A DNA stretch of 25,662 nucleotides, taken from a virus (lineage: Duplodnaviria > Caudoviricetes). The stretch lies in IMG/VR virus record IMGVR_UViG_3300008085_000114, positions 1 to 25,662 of that record; one strand, 5' to 3'. This document shows, piece after piece, positions 16,951 to 24,407 of this stretch. Position 1 is the stretch's first letter. Every line of letters begins with the position of its first letter. A program made the position numbers and the translations under genes. Under the pieces are notes generated by a model. That model did no database searches and was not told the DNA's origin. It saw only the letters and a program-made list of their open reading frames with translations.

Positions 16951-17125
16951 AAATAGTAGATTTAGATGCCACACTTCATGCTGAAACAGAATTAGCAAGG
17001 GGTTTCAAATTCTCTGAAGATCAAGAAATCTCATATGGATACCAAAATCTCAACATGAATGGGATGAACATGATTGGGTTGTTTCTTTACCAGAACAAAT
17101 TGCTTTTGATAAAGGGTTGATCTAA
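16947..17125 (+). pseudogene. Small phage protein split by an apparent -1 frameshift near 17026-17028
   Basis: Frame 0 gives MKIVDLDATLHAETELARGFKFSEDQE; the -1 frame continues NLIWIPKSQHEWDEHDWVVSLPEQIAFDKGLI*. Its stop TAA overlaps the next ATG (TAATG). Confidence 0.6.
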
Positions 17126-17661
17126 TGAGACATGTAATGCTTGATTTAGAAACATGGGGAACAAAGCCGGGTTCTGCTCTTCGTTCAATTGGTTTAGTTC
17201 AATTTGACCCAAGGACTCCAGGATTCGGAAAAGAATTTTATTGTAATATTGAGAGAGATAGTCAGATTGCTCTCGGTGCTACTATAAACGAAGGAACAGA
17301 AAAATGGTGGGCTCAGCAAAGTGGAGCAGCTAGAAAAGCTCTAGAAGAAAATCAAATTCATTTGCTGCAAGCGTGTCTCCAAGTGAAGACATATTTTTGT
17401 GAAACTAAAGTCACATATGTCTGGGCTCAAGGTTCTAACTTTGATCCAGTTCTATTAGAAGCAAGTTTTGATTTAGTTGATCTCTCTGTTCCGTGGAGAT
17501 TTTATAATACTCGTGACACAAGAACTATTTACAATGCTGCGAGTTTGGATACTAAGTTGATCACACGTAAAGGAGAACACCATAATGCACTAGAAGATGC
17601 GAAACATCAAGTTCGTTGTGTTTACATGGCTTTTAAAATTCTTCATGGAGACAAGAAATGA
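17125..17661 (+). CDS. DEDDh 3'-5' exonuclease (Rv2179c/RNase AS-like)
   Basis: HVMLDLET, WAQGSNFD, RDTRT, HNALEDA. Confidence 0.88.
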   Translation: MRHVMLDLETWGTKPGSALRSIGLVQFDPRTPGFGKEFYCNIERDSQIALGATINEGTEKWWAQQSGAARKALEENQIHLLQACLQVKTYFCETKVTYVWAQGSNFDPVLLEASFDLVDLSVPWRFYNTRDTRTIYNAASLDTKLITRKGEHHNALEDAKHQVRCVYMAFKILHGDKK

Positions 17662-18128
17662 TTCTTAGTGGTAGGACTATTCAACAACTTCAAATAATTA
17701 AACCTTTCTATGGTAGAACCAGACACGAAGGTCTTACATTCGGTTGTGGTCCTGCTGGCTATGATGTAAGAGTTGAATTTGATAATGAAGGTAAATGTAA
17801 TACAGTAGAATTACTTCCAAATCAATTCATGTTGGCAAGCACGATAGAACATTTCACAATGCCAAAAGATGTTCTCGGAATTGTTCATGATAAATCTACT
17901 TGGGCTCGTCTTGGACTTGCATGTCAGAATACTGTTATTGAACCTGGATGGTCTGGTTTTCTAACACTAGAACTCACTAACCATGGAAATAATTCTTTGG
18001 TTATAAAACGTGGAATGCCAATTGCTCAGATTATTTTTCACTTCATAGATGAGGATACTAATGGTTATGAAGGAAAATATCAAAATCAAAAGCGCGGACC
18101 AGTCAAACCGATTATAGAGACAAGTTAG
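17658..18128 (+). CDS. dcd: dCTP deaminase
   Basis: ILS, GPAGYDVR, LASTIE, KSTWARLGL, IEPGWSG.LTLEL.N, IAQIIF, Y.GKYQNQ. Confidence 0.9.
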   Translation: MILSGRTIQQLQIIKPFYGRTRHEGLTFGCGPAGYDVRVEFDNEGKCNTVELLPNQFMLASTIEHFTMPKDVLGIVHDKSTWARLGLACQNTVIEPGWSGFLTLELTNHGNNSLVIKRGMPIAQIIFHFIDEDTNGYEGKYQNQKRGPVKPIIETS

Positions 18129-18130
18129 AC

Positions 18131-18159
18131 TTGTGGCTGAACTGGTGCTAGGGTAAATT
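18131..18159 (+). promoter_or_regulatory. Putative sigma70-like promoter for nuclease/primase operon
   Basis: TTGTGG-17 bp-TAAATT; an inverted repeat GTGCTAG 18145-18151/CTAGCAC 18171-18177 flanks the -10 box. Confidence 0.55.
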
Positions 18160-18189
18160 AAAGGCTGGCACTAGCACTCGGAAACCTTC

Positions 18190-18627
18190 ATGTCAGAGAA
18201 TAGTATGAAGGGAGTTTTAGTCAAGAGGCTGTCTTTATTAGACGCTTGTTCGATTGAATCTCCTATGACTGGTATTGGTATCCCTGATATCAATTTCATT
18301 GGTGGATGGATTGAATGTAAAGCCATGAAATTATGGCCCAAAGGATGTGATATCAGACCAGTGAAATTTCCTCATCCATTGAGTAAAGAACAGCAAGTCT
18401 GGCTTTATCGTAGAGAAAGAGCAGGAGGGCTTGCTTTAGTTTGTGTGAAAGTTAGTAACTCTTGGTTCTTTTTCTCTGGTAGAGACATAAAGGAAAATAA
18501 TCTATGGGACAATATGACAAGACCTCAAATGTATCACTGGTCATTGAAAGTTTTCGAAAGATCTTTACCAGAAAGAGAACTTTGCCAATTTCTAATTTCA
18601 CTAACTCAAAAAACTCTCAAACTATAA
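18190..18627 (+). CDS. PD-(D/E)xK nuclease (VRR-NUC/Holliday junction resolvase-like)
   Basis: SE, IES..TG.GIPD, WIECK, L..EQ..WL..R..AGG. Confidence 0.8.
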   Translation: MSENSMKGVLVKRLSLLDACSIESPMTGIGIPDINFIGGWIECKAMKLWPKGCDIRPVKFPHPLSKEQQVWLYRRERAGGLALVCVKVSNSWFFFSGRDIKENNLWDNMTRPQMYHWSLKVFERSLPERELCQFLISLTQKTLKL

Positions 18628-18639
18628 GGTTCTGGTGAA

Positions 18640-21045
18640 ATGAAAGGCAATAGCCAAAAATCAATAGAATTTCTAAAACTTTTTAAACCGGGAGGACCAT
18701 GGACACTAGGAGCAATTGCTCCTGATCGTAAACAAGTTACATTTAAAACTTTTACAGATGAACAATCTGCATATACTTTTGTTGAACAAGAGAATGGTAT
18801 TCGTAATATCTATTTTCTAGTCAACGAACCAAGATTAGATATCAATTCAAAGCCAAGTAAAACAGATATTGAAAATGGTCTGTGGTTGCATGTTGATATT
18901 GATAGTGATGCACCAGATGCTGAGGGTCTTGAAAATGATCGCAGTATAATGCTTTCACGTCTAACAACTAATCTACCAAAAGGAATTCAGAAACCAACAG
19001 TAATTATTTTCTCAGGTAATGGATATTGGGGCTTCTGGAAACTCAAGGAACCATTTCCTATCCAAGGAACAGAAGTAAAGTGGGAAGATTTTGAGCTATA
19101 TAACAAACGTCTTGAACAAGTTTTCGGAGGTGATCATTGCTTTAACGTAGATCGTATTGCTCGCCTTCCTGGGACAATAAATATTCCAAATCCACAGAAA
19201 CGTAAAAAAGGTAGAGTTGAAGTTGAAGCTTCACTTCTAGAATACGATCCTAGTTGTGTGTATGATATTGCAGATTTTAAGAAAGCCGCTGGAACTCAAG
19301 TTTCCGGATCCATGATGGATGGTGGAAAAATAAAAGATGTTGATATTGATGTTGGTAATATTGATCGCATACAAGATCTCAATGAATTGGATGAATGGTC
19401 TGTCCCAGACAGAATTAAAATTATCATTGCCCAAGGGCATCATCCTGATCAGCCAAAAGCCTCAGACAATTCTAGGACCGCTTGGGTTTTTGATTGTGTC
19501 TGTGGTCTTGCTCGTTGTGATGTTCCAGATCATGTAATTTATTCGATACTTACAGATCCAGAATGGTTGATCTCACAATCTGTTTTAGAATTGAAATCTG
19601 GTGCAGATAGATATGCTCGTAGACAAATATCAAGAGCAAAGCAATATAGTGAAGATCCAAATCTACTTATGATGAATGATAGACATGCTGTTATTGGTAA
19701 CATAGGCGGAAAATGTGCAGTGATCGAAGAGATTGATGATCATCTGAAACTTCACAATGGACAGACATTTAACCGCACAAAATTGACGATGTCTAGCTTT
19801 GATAGTATCAAACAAAGATACATGAATAAGTTAGTAAAAGTTGGAACGACTAAAGATGGTGCTCCAGTCACTATGTCACTCGGTGATTACTGGCTCAAAC
19901 ACCCGATGCGTAGACAATATGATACAATGAGATTTATGCCTCTCATTGAAAAAGAAGGTGTTTATAATCTATGGCGTGGATTTGCTTACGATGCTATCCC
20001 TGGAGAATGTTCTCTTTATCTACAACATGTGAAAGAAAATGTTTGTAACAATAATGAGATTCATTATGAATACTTAATCAAATGGATGGCTAGAGCAATT
20101 CAACAACCTGCTTCAGCAGGTGAAGTATCTATAGTTCTTAGAGGTGGAAAAGGAACTGGTAAAGGCTGGTTCGCTAGAACTTTTGGTCGTTTGTTCGGCA
20201 GACATTTTATGCATATCGCTAATGCGAAACACCTAGTTGGTAATTTCAATGCTCACTTACAAGATTGTGTTTGTCTTTTTGCAGATGAAGCATTTTTTGC
20301 TGGTGACAAACAACATGAAAGTGTTCTCAAAAGAATCGTCACAGAAGACACACTGAATATTGAGAAAAAAGGTTATGATGTAGAAGACACTCCAAACTTT
20401 ATCCATATGATTATGGCATCTAATGATGTTCACGTTATCCGTGCAACCGGAGACGAACGAAGATATTTTATGCTTCAAATGGGAGAAGGTAAAAAACAAG
20501 ATTCAAAATTCTTTTCTGCCTTAAACCATCAAATGGAAAATAGTGGATATGAAGCACTATTGTTCCATCTACAATCTATTGATATTTCAGATTTTGAAGT
20601 TCGTAATGTCCCACAAACAGATGCTCTGCAAGAGCAAAAACTTCTGTCTATGGATTACAATGAAGAATGGTGGTTTAGAAAACTACAAGATGGTAGAGTT
20701 TTTGAAGGCGATGCTGAATGGGATCGTTATGCCCAAACAGAACTTGTCACTGCTGATTTCGTGAGATACATGGAATTGTGGAGAATGAATCGGCGTGGTA
20801 ACGAAACTTCCTTGGGTAGATTTCTATCCAGAATGTGTCCACATCTAACAAAAGTTCGAAGAAGAATAAATGTCAATGTTGATGATGGATATGGAAATTC
20901 AAAACGTGAAGCTCGTCGTGCTATGTTTTATGATTTCGGAACACTTGATCAGTGTAGAAAAGCATGGGAAGATTCACACGGTGAACTAGATTGGGAAGAA
21001 CCAGCACAATTAGACATTGATCAGCCAGATAACGAGCCATTTTAA
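18640..21045 (+). CDS. Primase-helicase: AEP (RepB'-like) primase fused to SF3 helicase
   Basis: HVDID, IFSGNGYWGFW, GGD....DRIARLPGTIN; helicase Walker A GGKGTGKG, FADE, EKKG, SN, DERRY. Confidence 0.9.
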   Translation: MKGNSQKSIEFLKLFKPGGPWTLGAIAPDRKQVTFKTFTDEQSAYTFVEQENGIRNIYFLVNEPRLDINSKPSKTDIENGLWLHVDIDSDAPDAEGLENDRSIMLSRLTTNLPKGIQKPTVIIFSGNGYWGFWKLKEPFPIQGTEVKWEDFELYNKRLEQVFGGDHCFNVDRIARLPGTINIPNPQKRKKGRVEVEASLLEYDPSCVYDIADFKKAAGTQVSGSMMDGGKIKDVDIDVGNIDRIQDLNELDEWSVPDRIKIIIAQGHHPDQPKASDNSRTAWVFDCVCGLARCDVPDHVIYSILTDPEWLISQSVLELKSGADRYARRQISRAKQYSEDPNLLMMNDRHAVIGNIGGKCAVIEEIDDHLKLHNGQTFNRTKLTMSSFDSIKQRYMNKLVKVGTTKDGAPVTMSLGDYWLKHPMRRQYDTMRFMPLIEKEGVYNLWRGFAYDAIPGECSLYLQHVKENVCNNNEIHYEYLIKWMARAIQQPASAGEVSIVLRGGKGTGKGWFARTFGRLFGRHFMHIANAKHLVGNFNAHLQDCVCLFADEAFFAGDKQHESVLKRIVTEDTLNIEKKGYDVEDTPNFIHMIMASNDVHVIRATGDERRYFMLQMGEGKKQDSKFFSALNHQMENSGYEALLFHLQSIDISDFEVRNVPQTDALQEQKLLSMDYNEEWWFRKLQDGRVFEGDAEWDRYAQTELVTADFVRYMELWRMNRRGNETSLGRFLSRMCPHLTKVRRRINVNVDDGYGNSKREARRAMFYDFGTLDQCRKAWEDSHGELDWEEPAQLDIDQPDNEPF

Positions 21046-21049
21046 AGCC

Positions 21050-21122
21050 CTCAGAGCGCGCTGGATGGTTGGCCCTGCATGGTAGGGGCAGCAACACGTC
21101 CAGGCGCACCACGGACGCGCTC
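21050..21122 (+). other. GC-rich structured element (long imperfect hairpin) after the primase-helicase stop
   Basis: Nested pairing GCGC.CTGGATG/CGTCCAG.GCGC, GTTG/CAAC, CCCTGC/GTAGGG; alternative GAGCGCG/CGCGCTC; no U-tract. Confidence 0.55.
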
Positions 21123-21254
21123 CGGACGCCTACGGACAAGTAATTGTGGTCAGGCTACACGTCAAACTGTAAATTAAAGCAAGTTAAACGGTGTTTAGCA
21201 GAAATTTTGCAGCTTTCGTGTGACGTTAGGATCGTGATAACTATTGATGATATA

Positions 21255-21449
21255 ATGGTGAAATTCGAAGAGCTTAAACCTGGATTAGAAATTCTTGTAG
21301 ATGGAGGCTTCACTTGCATGAACCCTGGAAAATACAGAGTTAAAGTTGGCAAGAAAGGTTTTTATCTACGATGTGTAGAAGGAAAACATTATCTCGATGG
21401 TCAACTCGACGATAATTATAATCTTGTGGGTATCAATCATGTTGAGTAA
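21255..21449 (+). CDS. Hypothetical protein
   Basis: ELKPG..LVDGGFTCM...FYLRC.EGKHYLDGQLD; start uncertain (ATG 21255 or GTG 21234). Confidence 0.65.
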   Translation: MVKFEELKPGLEILVDGGFTCMNPGKYRVKVGKKGFYLRCVEGKHYLDGQLDDNYNLVGINHVE

Positions 21450-21642
21450 AATCTGGATGATACCTTGGTCAGTCTCAAACCATTGTTTTTTTCAAAGCAG
21501 CCTTGTTTTGTTCGGAGAACAAGTGACAAAGCAGCAAGCTGAAGCTGATCCAGATAAAGGGAAAACTTTGTTTGAAACTCTCGATTTAACACCCGAAGAA
21601 GAAACTTCAATCTTGCAGTCAATGAGGAGCACTTTCGGATGA
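21439..21642 (+). CDS. Hypothetical protein
   Basis: 67-aa ORF from ATG 21439; its stop overlaps the ligase ATG (ATGA). Confidence 0.55.
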   Translation: MLSKIWMIPWSVSNHCFFQSSLVLFGEQVTKQQAEADPDKGKTLFETLDLTPEEETSILQSMRSTFG

Positions 21643-22562
21643 AACCAATGCTTGCAAGTAAATGGTGTGAGATAAACGAAAGCATGTTTCCTTTCTGGGC
21701 TCAACCAAAGCTAGATGGAATTCGTGTTCTTGTTGGTGATGATGGATATCTTTACACAAGAAGTTTGAAACCTGTTCGCAATTATAAATTGCAGTCCATT
21801 GTTCGAAATCATAAGGATAAACTTTTTGGTCTAGATGCTGAGATAATCGTCGGGGATAAAACTGCGGAGGATTGTTACAGAAGAACAAGTTCGGCTGTAA
21901 TGAGCTTTGAGAGTGAAGATATTAAACATGCAACTCTCCATGTTTTTGACATATGGAATGACAAACATCATAATTATGATGAGAGATATTCTCAACTTTT
22001 ACAGAGAATGGACGACTTCCCTGATTGGGTTCAAGTTGTTCAAACAATATTAGTTTCTGATATGGAAATGCTAAATTATTATGAGACGAGATTATTGAAT
22101 GAAGGTCATGAAGGTGTGATACTTCGGAGACGTGATGCTCTTTACAAAAGAGGACGTGGAACACCCAATAAAGGAGAACTCATAAAACTGAAAAGATTTG
22201 TAGATGCAGAAGGCATCATAGTTGATGTCCATGAAGAGAGGCACAATGCAAATCCAGCAATGATAAATTCTCAAGGATATAAAGAACATTCTGGGCATAA
22301 AGAAAATTTGATAGGCAAGAACACACTTGGAGCGATAGAGGTAAAGTTGGACAAAAAATGGCGGAGTGAGTTTGTCAGAATCGGCACAGGATTCAATGCT
22401 GTCCAACGAACAGAGCTATGGCAGAAAAAAGATGAATTAATTGGAAAGATTGTGAAATACAAATACTTTGAAGTCGGCGTTAAAGATGCACCGAGGTTCC
22501 CGGTGTTTCTTAGCTTTAGAGATCCTGATGATATGGAACCACAACAAGGAGATCTTTTCTAA
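21639..22562 (+). CDS. ATP-dependent DNA ligase (minimal NTase+OB)
   Basis: KPMLA, motif I PKLDGIR, LDAEI, FDI, EGVILR, KLKRF, IGTGF, PRFPVF. Confidence 0.93.
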   Translation: MKPMLASKWCEINESMFPFWAQPKLDGIRVLVGDDGYLYTRSLKPVRNYKLQSIVRNHKDKLFGLDAEIIVGDKTAEDCYRRTSSAVMSFESEDIKHATLHVFDIWNDKHHNYDERYSQLLQRMDDFPDWVQVVQTILVSDMEMLNYYETRLLNEGHEGVILRRRDALYKRGRGTPNKGELIKLKRFVDAEGIIVDVHEERHNANPAMINSQGYKEHSGHKENLIGKNTLGAIEVKLDKKWRSEFVRIGTGFNAVQRTELWQKKDELIGKIVKYKYFEVGVKDAPRFPVFLSFRDPDDMEPQQGDLF

Positions 22563-22643
22563 TGAAACTCTGGGAAAAACTAAAAAACTCTTTACTCGAA
22601 AAGGTAAAAGAGTTAAGAAAGTTAAAAAGAGATTTCTGTTGAA

Positions 22644-22907
22644 ATGACTGAATCAGAGAAACTGATTCAGAATAATTGGGGCTTGAAGTTCATTCATGAT
22701 GAACCAGCAAGGGCAGGTGAAAAAAGAGCTCATGTTCTTGAGGCAAAAAAGATGGAACATCTATCTAAGATTCCTCAAATGAACAATCCAAATAGTCGTC
22801 AAGTTCGAAGACAGTTGGAACGATGTGAGTTTAAAAATCTGCGATCTGAGATTAAAATGATGCAGAATAAACAAAAGAAGAGAGATAGAGAATTGCTTCA
22901 ATCATGA
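22644..22907 (+). CDS. Hypothetical protein
   Basis: 87-aa ORF, ATGA-coupled to the next gene. Confidence 0.65.
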   Translation: MTESEKLIQNNWGLKFIHDEPARAGEKRAHVLEAKKMEHLSKIPQMNNPNSRQVRRQLERCEFKNLRSEIKMMQNKQKKRDRELLQS

Positions 22908-23158
22908 ATCATGAGCAACTCCGTGATAAATGTCGTGAGGCTATGGGAGCAAAAGTTCCCATAGCTGCACAAGAAAGATGGTCACTCTTTAATAAAGAAA
23001 AAAGAACCGAATTTAAATTTCGGTATGAGTGGATTGTTAATAGGAATTTCTATTCTTGGGTTTATGAGAATATTCACTGTCTAGAAATTATGGATGGAGC
23101 AGAATGGTTTGGAGTCTATATCGTTGATAAAGATGGGATGTCATTGAATGAATATTAA
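22904..23158 (+). CDS. Hypothetical protein
   Basis: 84-aa ORF coupled to the previous gene. Confidence 0.65.
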   Translation: MNHEQLRDKCREAMGAKVPIAAQERWSLFNKEKRTEFKFRYEWIVNRNFYSWVYENIHCLEIMDGAEWFGVYIVDKDGMSLNEY

Positions 23159-23270
23159 TCTGACATTATAATTATGCGCTCACGCGCGTAAAGAGCACGA
23201 CAAATAACGGTTTTCATTTGCCTACTCGCAGGTTACTATGGTCTATATAAACTTTTATTGTAGGTGAAAA

Positions 23271-23995
23271 ATGCCAGACATGAATAAAATCAAAGAAAAA
23301 ATCCTAAAGTTGCGGTCCATGATCCCTGAAAGAGGAGCAACTGAAGGTGAAGCTCTTGCAGCATTGCTGAAAGTAGATGCTCTTATGGCAGAACATGATC
23401 TGTCAGAAAAAGATCTTGATATTGCCCAAGCTAAGAGAGATATGAGAGCTGGCGAATTCAAGTATGGAATTAAGACTCAGCATCCTTGTGCTAAATGGTG
23501 CAGCAAAACAATTGGAAGATTTTGTGGTGTGACCACTTGGTGGAATGGTGAAAAATCAACTTCTAATGCTTTTGGATTTAATGGTGACGTTGAGATGTAT
23601 GAGTTTCTTTTGAAACTTGTTCATGATACGATGAATCGTGAATGGAAAGATTATGTCAATAATCATCCACCACGAAAAGGAGTTTCTCGTCACACTGAAT
23701 ATTGGTCTTTCATGGCAGGTATTTCAGAAACTGTGAACAAGAAACTCATTGAATTGATCAATGCACGCAAAGTTGTGCAAGACAGCACAGGAACTGATCT
23801 TATCGTAAAGAAAGATGCTATTATTGAAGCTGGAATGAGAGAAATGCTTCCACATCTTATGTTGAGAAAACAAAGAGTGTTGGAATAAGAGCAGATGGAA
23901 ATGCTTTGAACAAAGGACAAGAAGCTGGAAGTCGGATCAACTTGAGTCGTCCTATTAAAGAAGGTCCGAACAACAGAAAACAAATCGCTGTATAA
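23271..23995 (+). CDS. DUF2786-domain protein, apparently frameshifted near 23867-23870 (frame 0 stops at 23888; the -1 frame continues to 23995)
   Basis: KI.EKI.KL......GATEGEA..AL.K...LM..H.L N-terminus; the -1 frame gives ...ALNKGQEAGSRINLSRPI..., the C-terminal pattern I associate with this family; SD AGGTG. Confidence 0.75.
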
Positions 23996-24016
23996 ATCAA
24001 TGGCGGGGGCCAAACA

Positions 24017-24199
24017 ATGGAAATCTTTCTTATTCCTTTCATAATGTCAGCAGCAGCTATCTTAATCTCGGCTGGTATAGTAGGATATAGAACTCATCTA
24101 TCAGGAGAAGATAGACCTCCAAAAGGAACCTTCCTTGGGATTTTACTGATTTCTTTCATTGTTTGGCTCATGACTTTTTCAGTCATGTTAATGGGATAG
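24017..24199 (+). CDS. Small two-TM membrane protein
   Basis: 60 aa, two hydrophobic helices; SD GGGGG. Confidence 0.65.
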   Translation: MEIFLIPFIMSAAAILISAGIVGYRTHLSGEDRPPKGTFLGILLISFIVWLMTFSVMLMG

Positions 24200-24205
24200 T
24201 CTTAA

Positions 24206-24388
24206 ATGTTTAGAATCATAATCTTGATCTTTCTAGCTGGTTGTGCTCAACAGACTCCAATGCAAGTTGTTGATTCTGATATCAGTAATATAGGAGCAAA
24301 TTTTATTGATCCCGTATATATACCGACAAATGGTTGTCTAATTACGACAAATACGAGTATTCAAGGCGTAGCTCGCATTGTATGCTAA
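24206..24388 (+). CDS. Small predicted lipoprotein
   Basis: MFRIIILIFLAG-C lipobox; two further Cys. Confidence 0.65.
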   Translation: MFRIIILIFLAGCAQQTPMQVVDSDISNIGANFIDPVYIPTNGCLITTNTSIQGVARIVC

Positions 24389-24407
24389 AGTATAACAAGC
24401 AGCAAAG

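Noticed and set aside
6399-21045. Inteins or introns in RNR, PolA or primase-helicase
   Set aside because: ORFs are continuous and of normal length, with no intein C...HN ends or homing endonuclease motifs noticed.
21174-21187. Possible CtrA box
   Set aside because: TTAA-N6-TTAA, not the N7 spacing of the CtrA consensus.
23172-23191. Hairpin TTATGCGC-TCAC-GCGCGTAA as an intrinsic terminator
   Set aside because: No U-tract on the + strand; function unsupported.
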